A DNA stretch of 64,000 nt from the human T2T-CHM13v2.0 reference genome, Homo sapiens, in the NCBI RefSeq assembly GCF_009914755.1, contig NC_060925.1; one strand, written 5' to 3'. Numbering within the stretch: position 1 is the first letter of the stretch; each line of letters begins with the position of its first letter. A program made the position numbers and the translations under genes. The notes below the pieces were generated by a model. It ran no database searches, had not been told where the DNA came from, and worked only from the letters and a program-made list of their open reading frames with translations. Positions 46,883-61,104 of this stretch are shown one piece after another.

Positions 46883-47132
46883 ATGAAATCAAAAGATCTC
46901 AAATGCATCAGTACATTGGCATCCATTTTGGTCACCTTAATATTACCAAGATTTTTCTCTCCTTCTTCAAGAATATCATCACTCTTTTCCTTTTCCTTAC
47001 TGTCCACCACCACTTTCAATTTGTTTAAATGGCAGTTTTCCTGAATCAGTGTCACAGAATTTTCATTCAAGTCATTGATTGTAACTTTGACTGCATTTCC
47101 AAGATGTTTTGCCCACTGTAATCCCATTATCC
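46883..47132 (-). CDS. TRMT1L: TRMT1L exon 8 ([10 protein letters not shown]...INDLN...[13 protein letters not shown])
   Basis: TAAG| acceptor, AT|GTAAGT donor; 250 nt; ORF 46879..47127. Confidence 0.97.
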
Positions 47133-47590
47133 CTTAGGAAAAATGGGAAGAAAATGAGTTTTATAATTGTAATAATTTTAAAGAATAAAAATGGTATAAC
47201 AACATTCAGTTTTATAAATAACAAATTATTTCAAAATTTAATGTTTTCATGAATCTTATTCCTTCTTACTACAAAGCTTCTCAAGAAAGGTTATAACTAA
47301 AAATCTGTCTAACAGATTTTAACTAATACTTCTTCTAAACCTATTTTATGATCCTTGTTCAAATAAAATCTCTATGTATGCTTTTTATTTTGTTGAATAG
47401 TGGAAAATGTTTTCTTTTTTGCTTTTTTTCTGACCATGGAATACTTTATACAAATGGGATTACTCTGCTTGAAGGGAGGATGGGAAGTTGGAATACCTCC
47501 TGCTGAAGTTTACCATCATGGACCAAAATATGAAAAACTTTTCTGGACCAACACTTTTCAAACACTGCACAATAGCATTGTTGTGAATTA

Positions 47591-47917
<327 letters not shown>

Positions 47918-48261
47918 GCGAATGATTAGAGGAAGAATTCAGACCAAAAGGGCCCCTTTTCACAGTTTTTCCATATCTACTAGCTTAAAGTCATAAGGGA
48001 CATTCATTACAAAATGGGAGATGGCAACACAAGCCCAGCCAACATAGATTAGTAAACCCCTTATGTACTGGAAATACTGACCATCTTCTCCATACACGTG
48101 TCTCATGAATGGAAAAATACCATGTGTTATGGACTTCACATATACGCATTTTTCATATTTTCACAAGCTTGTGAGGTAAGTTCTGACATCCTCATTTTAG
48201 GAATGGCAAAATGTGCAAAATGACTGCTCCAGACCTGATCTAAGTTTACAAAGGCACATTA

Positions 48262-48697
<436 letters not shown>

Positions 48698-50266
48698 TTA
48701 AATGTAGTCTGAGAAGTCTGGACTCCCGGCAATAAAGATGAATGACTTTTTTGATTGATAAATAACATTAATGTGGTGCTTCAGAGGAATAGCTGTTTAG
48801 CAGTAACAGGCAAGACAAACTGGAGGAGAGAAATGACTGGAAGCAAGGGTACTATTTAGAAGCTACTGCAATAGGCTTGCTATGAAATCATTAAATTGGT
48901 GGATATGGAATGGAAAATGTGAGTTATATTAGAAAAGAAAAATTAGAACAGACCTGGTGGCTGAGTAGATATGGGAAGAGTAACAGGAAAAGAAGGAGTA
49001 ATAACATGATTCAAATTTCAAATCCAAGCGACTTGGGAAATAATCAGAAGCATCACCTCATCACTTTTACCATATTTATACTGAGATGGTACTAATGCTG
49101 ATCATCATGGTAGTAGCAGTAGTCTCCTCTTTTAATAGATGAGCAAATTGAGGCACAATTTCCTGTGGTCATACAACTATCAAAGCGATAAAGCTGGGAT
49201 TTGAACTCAGGCAGTCTGGTTCCACAGTCCATGCTTTTAACCACTACTTTTCCCTGAGGAGAGGAGTTTAGGAAGGAGAGCTAACTCATGCTTTCACTCC
49301 TTTGGCACAAACTCCCCAAAAGTGTACTCTTATAATCTTTATAAAGAAGGACCTGGATTGGGTACGGAGGCTTTTTAGAAATTTTCTACTGTTTCTATTA
49401 TCTTTTCTCTACTATTAAGTCTTTTGAGAAGAATATTCTCAATGTTTAAAATTTCACTTTATTCCACTGTCTAAAGGCTAGGCAATGATCATCACAACAC
49501 AAAAAAAGAGACACAACCAGACATCAGGTGCTGCCTGATTGCAGCAAACAAGTATTATTGCAAAAAAAAAAAAAAAAATTGTATCTGAATCTAATTAAAT
49601 GACCAATTTACAAAAATACAGGAGATAGAAGAACATGTTTTATGAGCCATAACAATACAATCAGCAAAAATCTAGACTGCGGGAAACTCTATGGGTCAAA
49701 AGACATGTTAAGTCAACAAATAATTATCACACACACAGAAAATGATAGAAGGACCCATAGATTTAAAAGAGACTTAGACATACCAGACACCTGAAATACA
49801 GTTTTTGTCTGCATTCTGATTTGATTTTTAAAACATATTATGAGATAATTGGGCAAACAATTGATATTAAAGAATTATTCTTTATTTTTAAAGTATGATG
49901 ACAGTATAGTGGTTTTATTTTTTAAAAATCTTTACCTTTTAGAGATCCAACTGAAATACTTACAGATGAAATGATGTATCTGTTATTTGTTTCAAATTAA
50001 TGGATATCAAAAGATTAGGATATGAGGTATGAGGACAATGAGAAAACGACTGAGCATGAACCACTCATTTTTGAAGTAAGCGATGGATACACAGAGACTC
50101 ACTTATTATACTCTAATATACATTTAAAATTTTTCACAATAAAAAATTAAAAATTTTGCCTTGGATCTTTAATTTTTTTACATCACTGCCCATATATATT
50201 TTCTAAGAAAAAATACTGTAAAATTGAATAAATAAAATGGGGTTCCAAAAAAGTGTCCTCACTTAC

Positions 50267-50346
50267 CAGTGGCTCCAAAAGCATCTAGACATTCCAAAGG
50301 TTTTCGTTCCTCAGCCAAAGCAGCCAATGTACAGAATATTAGCTGC
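50267..50346 (-). CDS. TRMT1L: TRMT1L exon 7 (QLIFCTLA...[10 protein letters not shown]), SAM-binding motif I
   Basis: CTAG| acceptor, G|GTAAGT donor; 80 nt. Confidence 0.96.
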
Positions 50347-50815
50347 CTAGAAGGAAATCATAATCTGAAATAACTTTACCATGGCTTCACCATCATAGAT
50401 TTTATTTCATTTAAGAATAGTGAACTGAAGTTCCTAGTTACTGTACAAACTATTTCAAAAGGAGACCTGAAAACATATTCTGAATTTAATACTATAAGAA
50501 CTAAAAATATGTGAAATTAAACTATGAATCCAGTTGGGTTCTATTAACAAGTATTTATTTATTTATAAAGAAAACTTGCTCACAGAAGTACCAGCTTGTT
50601 CAGTAATTATATAAAGTTACGCCTATCTTATTCTCTGATAAAGACATCGGCTTGTTAGAAAAAAAGAAACAATTCTTCTGAGAAAAATGTTAAAACAGAT
50701 GATTTTTATTCTGCACCTAGTTCTAAATTTTAATATATTAGAACATAAAGGTTAAGAGAAGGTACACTTATAATAATTTGAAACATCCCATAACCCTATT
50801 TTCAATTTATCTTAC

Positions 50816-50939
50816 CGATTTAGTTTCATTTTGGGGTTAAAATAGGAATCTGTTTTCTGAGGTATAGAATAGTTGGGACAAACTTGTACATCCGTGTCTG
50901 CCTCTTTCAAAATTTCCTTAGGTGGTTTAGCAGTGGAAG
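50816..50939 (-). CDS. TRMT1L: TRMT1L exon 6 (STAKPPKE...[11 protein letters not shown]), start of Trm1 domain
   Basis: CTTAG| acceptor, CG|GTAAG donor; 124 nt; YFNP..LNR resembles Trm1 FYNP..NR. Confidence 0.96.
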
Positions 50940-52348
50940 CTAAGATGGAAAAAAGAAAAGATTTCCAGGGAAACACAAAATAATTCTAAACAAAAGATTT
51001 CCAAGAAAACACAAAATAATTGTAAACATCTAAAACAATAAATATACATTTTGAAAAATAACTTTATATTATTTTGTGTTAATGCAAACGGTTTGGCAGA
51101 TGTAAACAAACCAAAACCAAAGAACTGATTTATTCAGCACTCTCTACAAAAGAGTAACACTCAGTTAAACATCTGATTAATGAAAGTTAATTTACTATCT
51201 TGACTGTCCAGCACATCAATACATCTGTATTATGATACCTAAGAACAATCACCCTAGGAAAGCACAAAATCCTAAAATACCTTTGTGGTTCATCAAACAC
51301 TACATTGTTTGCTAAATATATTTCACTATGGTATAATTGTTAGAAAATGAGTAACTCCATATGGCTGCATTCCATTAGCTAGCATGGCTTACTAAGAATC
51401 ACTCTATTTCCTGAACATGGGAGACTTCAGAATATTTTCTCATAATGATTTCAAGTCACAAATTACATTGAAATGGCTACAAAGTAATGAAAAAATGATT
51501 TTACATTTAGTATGTTAGAATCATTTAGCTATAAACTAATAAAATATTGATGTGTATATATGTGCATATGTTTTAAATATTTAAGAAATGAGATCCTTTA
51601 TGTTTGGATTTCTTGATAACATTACAGTCGGAATGTTAACTAAATGGCAACTGTATCTTTCTTTCTAAAATGCAAAATAATAGTAACTTTCCCTAGCACT
51701 GTGTTACATACCCTTTTCTACCCGTGAGGAGGCATGTTGCATATCTCACAAGGTCAGACTTTCTCAACTTAGGCTCTGTGAGAAAATTATGCTTCATAGA
51801 AAAATAGTTCAGTGACTGTTTTTTTTTTCAATTCTTAAAGGAATGGTACGTAGTGCCATTCTGGACACAGAGGAGAGAAGTTATTCATTACATATAATAC
51901 ATGCTTTAGGCCATTAGTGCTTGATTTAATTCTTGAGAAGGGATCTCTAAGTAGTAACAAGCTATTAATAATTTCATATCACTATGAATAATAAGTCTTT
52001 ATTTCACTGTATCTTTTTTTCTAGTGTTTTCCAACAATACATACATGACAGTTAAGGGTGTAAAAGCTGTCACTGGGAAAACAATTCTATAATCTTTCAT
52101 TAAAATACCTGTAGTCACTTGAGTGTCACTTACTTTTTTCTACACCATTTATTAAATATATACATTGAGAATGTTAAAATGTTTTTGGAGACCTTACAGA
52201 AAGAAACCAAAAGCTGAAGTAATGGACTAGTGAACTAAATCATTTGGTTAAATCAGCATTATTTTATATTCCTGATGTCTGAAAATAATAACTGGACCAT
52301 TATTTAAGGATTTACATATTAATATGTTAATGAGATTGCTCAACTTAC

Positions 52349-52478
52349 CTGCAATATAACTAGATTTAGTCTCTCCTTTATTCATGTGGCGCCTAACATG
52401 TCCTAGCATATCAGTTCTTCTGGTGATTGTTGCTGAACAAATGATACAATGATAATGGGCTCCCATTTTACTGGTTAT
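52349..52478 (-). CDS. TRMT1L: TRMT1L exon 5, C2H2 finger (HYHCIIC-x12-H-x3-H)
   Basis: ATAG| acceptor, G|GTAAGT donor; 130 nt, phase 0-1. Confidence 0.96.
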
Positions 52479-52765
52479 CTATCAAACAGAGTATTTAATT
52501 TAAATAAGTTGCTAAGACAATGAAACAGAAGTATATGTTTGCAAATTTAAGTACATTAGTGTCTTGGATTTAATGGTATAGAAGATAATTTTAATTTTGC
52601 CATGTGACTTTGAAGTATCTTAACTTCCTTACCTGCATTTACATATACTTTTAAAACTTACTTTACAATAGGCCAGAAGGTTAATTTCCTAGCTTTTCTC
52701 ATTCATTCCAATCAGAAAATAATTGTATTTTCTATAGGTTGCATTTAAAAATGGTGTAATGTTAG

Positions 52766-53186
52766 GAGTGGTGTGCTGGTAAATGCTTATTAACTGGCTC
52801 TCCAGGAAAATAAAGCCCTGATTTGTAGTATTTGCAGATTTCTGTGGCATAAATACTCTGCTATAGCCAATTTCAAGCTACAACTGTCATAGATTTTAAG
52901 CTATCAATGTAACATCACTGAATGTGAATTTAGGAAAAGATGTGCATTATTACACCATTACAGAGCACTGCCACCCAGCAGACATAACAGATGTAAATAA
53001 CTGTAAGTGCACAGATAATATTAAAATACAGGAGAACAATGATATGAAGTGAACATTCATTACCTTTGTTTTTTAATATAACTCATTCATTTTTAGGTTT
53101 ATATAACTTAATTTTTAATGGAGGCCATACTAAACAACCAGCTTGAAAGATTTCTGGAAATTTGAGCCAGCTCCAGTACCCCACTG
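52766..53186. mobile_element. MER63-type hAT-Blackjack element
   Basis: TIR AGTGGTGTGCTGG / CCAGTACCCCACTG; perfect 8 bp TSD AATGTTAG at 52758-65 and 53187-94. Confidence 0.88.
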
Positions 53187-54091
53187 AATGTTAGAGACAT
53201 AATTAGAAGCGTACTTATCCGAGTAAAAAAATTTTCACTTCATAATTTCTCATTTAGCTGAGAACAAAAGACTGCTCCAATGGCTCTTTCCTAGTTTTGA
53301 TGCCTTTTACTCTTAGTGCTGCTACCTCCTTTTTACTTGGACCCTTACAGCAAATAGAAAATAGTGAAGCACATTACCCAAGGTTCCTTGTGGTACTGTG
53401 ATTATCATATTCAAAATATCTTAGACTAGGCTGATGGACCAGGTACTGTTTTGACTACTACTTACAGAATATTTTCTTTTTTGTCAACACTATACTGCTT
53501 TTAGTGGCTCAAAAGAAAATGTAATAATGGGAACTCATTACGCCAATATGCATTCAGGATAGTGTCACTAAAAAATTTTATAGTTTGTATTCCCCTTAGG
53601 TCAAATCTACCCTAAAAATAAAACACATGTATTTTTTAAAAAGTTACTAAGATTTCTGAAAGTTTCTTGATTCTCTAAGATTGAACTCAAAAGGAAGGAC
53701 ATGGGGAAGATGAATTAAATCAAAACATACTAAGATATTTACTAAATCACAGAAATTGAAGCTCCTATTCCATGACCGAAATTTTAAGAGAAAAAACTAC
53801 TCTCTAAATTTTCCATTTCAAAATTAGTAAATGAGTTAATTTTCATTTTGAACACAAAGGAGCAATTTATCTGACTTAAACTAAAAACTGTAAAATGAGA
53901 ACTTCAATATAACAATTATTTTTTTTCATACATTTCATAGTTTTCCCATTATGATAATCTGAAAGGACTCAGAGAATTTTAAAGTAAACCACACTGCTGA
54001 ACATACACATTTTAGTTTCACAGTAAGTAAAAATTATGCTTTCTTTAAAAAGGACTAAATTTAAAAATAAAAAAATCTAATATCTGATCAC

Positions 54092-54156
54092 CTGTTCTCC
54101 AATAATGTTTGGTTTCACTGGTCGACAAGGTAAGTGACAGATGCACATCCTGTAAC
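54092..54156 (-). CDS. TRMT1L: TRMT1L exon 4 ([21 protein letters not shown])
   Basis: TTAG| acceptor, CAG|GTGATC donor; 65 nt, phase 1-0. Confidence 0.95.
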
Positions 54157-54469
54157 CTAAAATAAAGAATGGCTGGTTATCATACATTGTTCATTAAATA
54201 TTCAGTTATCAAAAATTATAAGCAAGTTTTATTTTATAAGAATTGGTATTACCCTTACATTTGTAATGTCATAATTACTCAAATGAGATTGCTTTAGTTT
54301 ATACAATTATTATACATGAGATATATGTGTATGCATATATACATATGTATATGTTATCTATATACACAAATACAGAGGGATCCAGGTTTGAATTCTAGTT
54401 CCGCCATGACTATCTGTTTTATCTTGGATTAGTCATTTAGCATCTTTGGGATTCAGCTTTATCCTATTC

Positions 54470-55400
54470 TCTGCCACCTTGACTTTTTCTTAGGCTTCAC
54501 CTTTACCTCATGCTATTGATATATTTGCCATTATACAGACCCTTCTTCATCTATGACATGGTACTATCTTGGTTTTCTTCCCACCTTTCTTCATCTTCTT
54601 TACAGATCCTCTTCCTTCTCTCATGCCCTAAAATGTAGAAATTCCATAGGCTTGGGTGGCTAAGTGATTTTTTTTCTCATTTCCTTGGCAACTTAGCTCC
54701 TTTCACAATTCCAATTAAAGGAATCCCAAATTAAAGCTCTAGGTACTAATTCATTCCTAAGAGCCAGATTCCTATTTCTAATTGCCTATTAAGGATATGT
54801 AACTGATTATCTAGTCAGCATCTCAAAACCTACTTGTCAAGACTAAACTGGTAATTTATCTTACATTAGGTCTCTTTACTTTTTTTGAATGATAATGCCT
54901 TACAGTTGCTCTTAACTCAAAGCCTGTTAAGTCATCTCTAATGCATTTTTCTTATACCTTAGATTCGATCATTTCTTACTTGTATATGCTGAAGTGCTCC
55001 AAGATTTAGTCCTGGATGACTTCTTTTTTCCATCAATATGTATTCTTTTAGTTACTTATCTGATCTTATGGCTTTAAATACCATGTGTCTTCTGACAACT
55101 CCCAAATGCATATCTTTAGCCCCACATTCTTCCTGAACTCCAGATTCATATAACCTATGGGCTACTTGACATCTCCACTTAGATGCATCTCACCCTTTAA
55201 ATGCCCAAATTTCTGGTTCCGGCCTTCTTTCCCACACTTGGTCCTAATGCACTGTTCTCCAGCTCAGTAAAGGCCAACTCCATTTCTCTACTTGCTCAAG
55301 TCCCAAACCCAAGCATTCTTGGCTCTTTCTCTCACACCTCACATCCATTCCTTCGGCAGATTTGGTTGCTTCTACCTTCAATTTTACGTCAACTACTTTG
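54470..55400 (+). mobile_element. L2 fragments (two overlapping segments)
   Basis: GGCTTTAAATACCAT..GACAACTCCCAAAT..CTACTTGACATCTCCACTT. Confidence 0.7.
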
Positions 55401-56213
55401 AAACCTGCTCACTGAGACAAAAACTATCATATCTTCACCATCTACCAGAGCAATACCATGTGAAAGAACCCAATAGCCTAATGTACATGAGAGAACCACA
55501 TCCATGAGTAAGTAAAGAAATATCACAAGAAAATATTTAAGAAAAGAGAATAACTTGGAGGGAGACCAAACCTAAAGGCTAAACAATGACCTAAGTAAAG
55601 AATATGAGAGATCCTTTTAATTGAAATGAGACCTTTATTTTTCTAAGAAGTCAGTATGGTTTATCATACATTCTTATATAGAACTAAACTTAAAAGACAA
55701 GATGGTCCTTAAATTAGCATCTAATTCCCCTTTCCCTAAATAACTAATGATAATCTTTTTAGTAGTACTACTAAGAAAATAGTTCCAGCATAGTTCCGAC
55801 TTCTTTTCTGGATGTCTCTTACTAGCTGCTTTATCAAGGCTGGTTGACACTCCAACCATATTTTACAATTTCTGTGCTCACATAATCATATACAAATATA
55901 AATGTATATATGTTTAAGATTGATACTTAGGTTTCTTTTGAGGGTGGGACTTTTTGTTTTATCCAAATGGAATATTATAAAATCTTCCCTATAAATTGCT
56001 GTTTTCATTAGTAGTTGACCATGGAAATACTTCTAAGTTAGCTGGTATATATCTAATATACTCATTTCAATGGCTACATAATAATATTTCATGGTATGTA
56101 TATACCATAATTTATTCAATCATCTCTTTTAATTCCAAGTTTTTGTTACTAAGTAAATATTGCAATGAATATCCTTGTACATTTATCCGTGCCTGTTGAT
56201 TCTTTTACTTCCT

Positions 56214-56513
56214 CTTTTTTTTTTTTTTTTAAGAAACAGAGTCTCACTCTGTTGCCCAGGCTGGAATACAGTGGCACAATTATGGCACTGCAGCCTCAAG
56301 CTTCTGGACTCAAGCAGTCCTACCACCTGAGCCTCTCTAGCAGTTGCAACTACAGGCACAGGCCACCTCGCCTGGCTAATTTTTTCACTTTTTTATAGAG
56401 ACAGGGTCTTACTATGTTGCTCAGGCTGGTCTTGAACTCATGGCCTCAAGTGATCTTCCTGCCTCAGCTTCCCAAAGTGCTGAGATTACAGGTATGAGCC
56501 ACTGTGTCCAACC
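56214..56513 (-). mobile_element. AluJ
   Basis: TSD ATTCTTTTACTTC. Confidence 0.92.
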
Positions 56514-57288
56514 TCAATTCTTTTACTTCTAAGGCACTCCTAGGAGAGGAACTGCATGGTGGATGGATATGCGTATTTTTAATTTTAAAAGATGTTGTCA
56601 GATGTTGGGAAAATTATAGCATTTTCCCAAAAATGCTATAATAATTCATATAATTCACTTAGGAAGCCCTTTAACTTGAAAAGTTCTTGTTTTCTGTCCT
56701 TCGATTTTATTCTTTTCATGATGAGTCCTCTTGTTGAACTTATTCCCTCAAATTGTGTCATTTTTATCATGATTATAATTGAAATATTTGTTTGTTTCCA
56801 TTTATCTGAAGTAGAAAATGGCTATGATTTCTGAATTATCTTGTATCCCACCATTCTGAATTCTCTTAACTCCAGTAGTTTTTTTAAGCCATCAGCAGAA
56901 AGAGATATTATCTTGTATTTTCCAATATTCATACAAATTATTTTATTTTCTTATTTTACTACATGTACTATACCTTCCAAAATATGTGTAAAATAAAAGG
57001 AAAACTTATTAAAACATTGTTCAAGAAGCAAAATGGACTCCCAGGGTCAGAGTACTCAGTATACAACAGATGCATAATAAATGTTTGCTCAACTAAACTG
57101 TGTCATATAGATCTCTACTGCCTATAAAGCTATATGGTGTTTTATTAAATACATTAGAAATGAGGGCATTAAACCCCTCACATTTTAAACTGAAAATATT
57201 TGATTATACTCATGATAAAAATGCCAAAACTGGTAATAAATGTTGAATTTCATATATATTACTTCTTTGCAAGCACAAAAATACTAAC

Positions 57289-57402
57289 CTTCAAATTCAA
57301 CTGAGACTTTCCAGTGTAAATTCTGGAGGTGACGACGAAGCTTATGGCTATTACAAGCTCTGAATTTTTCCTTAGGGCACAATGGACAAGCCTGTCTGTT
57401 GC
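57289..57402 (-). CDS. TRMT1L: TRMT1L exon 3, zinc finger CPLC-x15-H-x4-H
   Basis: TAAG| acceptor, G|GTTAGT donor; 114 nt, phase 1-1. Confidence 0.96.
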
Positions 57403-57559
57403 CTTAAAAAGAAAAAAGAATCAATAAACAACAGAATATTCTAGTTATTAATGCCTGGATTCAACTACAAAGAGGTTAATGGGGGCTCCCCCTCCTACTT
57501 CTTAAAGTCTTTCTTAACTTTAGGGAGAAGTCATTATTCTTGACCCAGGAGACAGTTAA

Positions 57560-58500
57560 CAGTAATTGTTGTAGCACATGATCAGTGATTGTTTTTTCAC
57601 CCTAAAATTTCCCTCTCTGTAGCTAGTGGATGCATTTGTCGTTACTGGGAACAAAGGTTGAAGAAGTGATAAACTGTATGACATCCTTCCGGCCAAATTT
57701 TCTGCCACTGAGAGCATCACTCTGTATTTTGGACAGCTGAAAGGACAGCAGTTACACTCCCAAAAGGACAGGGATTGGACAAAGAGCAAAAGTATGTGCT
57801 GTGGTATTCCTCTACTAAACTGGCAACAACAAAAACAGTTAACATGTGGAGTTAGAAAAATGGAAGAAGGAAGTGGAAGGAATAGATGGGATTTGATATA
57901 ACCGCTGTTCTGAGACGGGGCGCATAGTTACAGCCACCGTATCCATTACTGAATTTACAAGTTCTGCCTTCTTTATTAACATATTCTCAAAAAGATTATG
58001 TATCATAAAAATGTCTTATTTAATTAGAAATATAATGTATCTCAAATAAAAACTTTGATAGTATAGATGAAAGAATTAAATTTCAAATTCAGGTTTAAAG
58101 CAATAAAATATACAGCAAGAATCATTAATAACTCATTTAGTAATTTTTTTCTTTTTTCTCTTATACCTACATACCTGTCAGCTCATATTAATAATTTTTA
58201 ACCCAACAAATATCTTTCACATACAGTACAATAGAGTATAGGTACAATTTTTATTTTTACACTGTCTACTTCAAAAAAACCACGCAGTCAGCGATCTTGA
58301 GGATACAAACCAAACACTAAGGAGAGTAGAGCAGAAAGAGAGCAGTGTGGGGCACTGATAACGTGGAACTCTCATACCAGCCCTAAATTGCCTATCTTGG
58401 GACTTCATTTACCTGACAGAATATTAACCTCTTAAGACACTGTTTTTTGGGACCTCTGTTACTTGTAGCCAAATGCCATTCCTAACTTGCCGAATAGACA
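57560..58500 (+). mobile_element. Old MLT1J/K-like LTR split in two (~57560-57700 and ~58290-58500)
   Basis: TTTCCC..GTAGCTAG..GAAGTGAT; 3' TCTGTTACTTGTAGCCAAATGCCATTCCTAAC. Confidence 0.5.
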
Positions 58501-58734
58501 GCCCCTAGACATCCGTGAAATTATAATTTTCTTGAGGAGTTGTAAAATAACTTATTTCCATAGCAACTTTGCACATAAGCGGTTGCCAATTTCCTGAATA
58601 AAAAACTGTATTTTACCACTGTTCTAGTTCAGTAAGAATAAACAAGTCTACTCTTACCAAACTTATTTTTGTGAATTGAAAGATGATAAATTATTAGAAA
58701 CTAAGAAAAAAAAAAAACCCAAACATGGAAATAC

Positions 58735-58845
58735 CTGCATCAAGATTATCTGAGTTCAATGAGCTGGCAGAGTCAAAATTTCCATCAGTTACAAAAGCTA
58801 AATTCTCTAGATCAGCAAGCTGCCTTTGAATTGAGATGTGTCTCT
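58735..58845 (-). CDS. TRMT1L: TRMT1L exon 2 ([10 protein letters not shown]...DNLDA)
   Basis: TTCAG| acceptor, G|GTATT donor; 111 nt, phase 1-1. Confidence 0.95.
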
Positions 58846-59419
58846 CTGAAAAAAAAAATTGAGAAGATTATGCTTTAACAGTTTGTATTCTAGTTCCATT
58901 TTTATTGATCACATCGTATAGAAGTTTATTTCCTATAACACAGTGTTATGGACCTAGATGGGGAATACTGCCACAACTCGGTTTATAAAATAACAAGTGT
59001 GCTTTAGAATGAAAAGTTGGGGGGAGACCCCACTGTATAAACTTAGTTTTAAAATTTTATCTAATTAGTCAAAATAATTCTATGAAAAATGTTTCTGTCC
59101 TATACAAAATACTGAAGGAAACGTTAAGTCATGTTTTCTATCTTCAAAGAACTTTCAATCAGGTGGGAGAAGGCAATATGTCAACTTCTAACTATCATAT
59201 GAGATAGGATGAAATGAACACTATTAAGTAGAGATTTGCTAACTGGCCTCATGAACTGAAGTAACCTCATGAACAAATCCATGTGTAGAAAACATACAAC
59301 CATGCCACCCCACCCTTGGCTGGAATGTGGTATGTTTGGGGGGATGGAGTCAGTAGAAGTATGTGCAGCTGAAGATGCAGTACAGACCAAGGAAAACATA
59401 AATTCTACGCAAGTTAGTT

Positions 59420-60700
59420 TGAACTTTATTCTTCAAATAATGGTAAGTCTCTGCAGGTTTTTGAGGAAGTGAATTATACGATCTGAATGAGTTTCAGGAG
59501 GCTATCTCTGCCAGTAATACCAAAGATCAGTAACAGAGAAAATTAGCAATGGGAAGGGACAGAATAGAAGGTTAAAAAAATAAGCAACAGAACTTGGGAT
59601 ATGAGAAGTAAAGGTGAAGGATAAAATCAAAGATGATTCCAAGATTTTGAGTTTATGTGGTTGAGAATAATGGTATATTAAGCAAACAAGACAGAAGAAA
59701 CTCTTATGGCAGAAAGGAAGGGGAAAAGAGAAAGGAAAATTTAGTTTTTGACATGGTGTGTTTGATGTACTACTGGTACAGTATTCCAGCAATAATGTAT
59801 AATAGGCAGCTGGCAATTTGTTTTTGGAGCTCAGGAGGGATTCTAGAGATACAAATCGTAAGTAACACATTAGGTGAAACTATGAGAATAAATAAGAAAG
59901 CCTAAGAAAAAAAGTGTGAAAAATAAGAGAAAAAGCCAAGACCCAGTCTTACCTAGTTATGACTGATTTCAAACAACCAACTAGGCTATGTAAAATTAAT
60001 TTTAAAATGTGATTTATATTTTAATTCTAATGCATTTCAAATTTCTCAATCATTACATATTTGTCCCACTAATGCATTTTCAGGTTTCTCAAGCATTACA
60101 CACTCTTCAAATTAAATTAAATTTGGAAATACATGAATAAGTCTAAAATAAGTTTAACATGTTCTGACTGGGGTGGGTAGGGGATACATTCCCTACCTGT
60201 TGCTGAACCCGCTACTGATTATTATAGATAGATATAATCTGGTAGTGAGGTATGAGAGATGTAGATATTTATAAGAAAAATTAAGTAGAAGGAATCAGGA
60301 ATGTAGATTCAGAAAGAATAAATGGTAAGGGGAATCAAGGTAATGCAGAAGCCAAGGGAGAAGAGTCTATAAACGCAAAACGTTCAACACTGAATATCAC
60401 AAACAGTTGTAGAGATCAAGAAAGCACATCTGGTGACCTTTAAGAAAACAGGTTCAGGGAGGTGTTTCAGAGTAGAAACAGAATTGGAAGGGGAAAGGAA
60501 ATACAGAAAATTAGGTTTTTCTTTTTTTGAGAAGTTTGACGGTATAAAAAAGGAAATGAATCAGACTGTAACTTGCTTTTTTTTAAGTATGGGGAACCTG
60601 AATATATGTGCATTCCAAGAGAAAGGAACAATTACAAAGTGGGGACTGAATATATATTAAGATTAGGAGAAACTGATATGTAAAGAGCCCAAGGAGACAG
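59420..60700 (-). mobile_element. L2 interrupted by a non-L2 duplicated segment (59947-60255)
   Basis: AGTTTTTGACATG..AGGCAGCTGG..GGAGCTCAGGA before; GAAGCCAAGGGAG..GGTGACCTT after. Confidence 0.7.
59947..60255. repeat. Copy A of a ~310 bp direct duplication
   Basis: Aligns by eye with 61888-62209; identical 27 nt and 24 nt blocks. Confidence 0.9.
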
Positions 60701-61104
60701 GAGATGGTGGGATAAACCACAGGGCTCTCTAATATTATGTTATTAGGTTATACAATTTAAAACCTTGAGACTTTAAAATTCAATTCTTGATATTAGCACC
60801 TTCTTGACTACTCCTCTCCGAGCTTCACTATCAGTTCGTTTACCCATTTGTATAATTTGTGTCCTTGTTCGCTTTCCCCACAAATAATCAACAGAAGACA
60901 AGGCCTATTTCTTGTTCATCTTTCTGATGGCTAAGTGCCTAATGCAGTAGCTTGCAGATAGGAGGCACTAAAGTTTGTTAAACAAGAAGTTAAAAAAATT
61001 GTTAGACTTTTTGGATGCAGTAGCACACTGTGTCAATAATTTTGGAATCCAATTCAGCACTATCAGACACTCCTGCTCAAATTTATTAAAAGGTAATTTT
61101 TCAT

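Noticed and set aside
59947-60110. Possible duplicated intronic snoRNA
   Set aside because: No proper C box (RTGATGA) with terminal D box and stem, and no H/ACA layout seen on the TRMT1L strand
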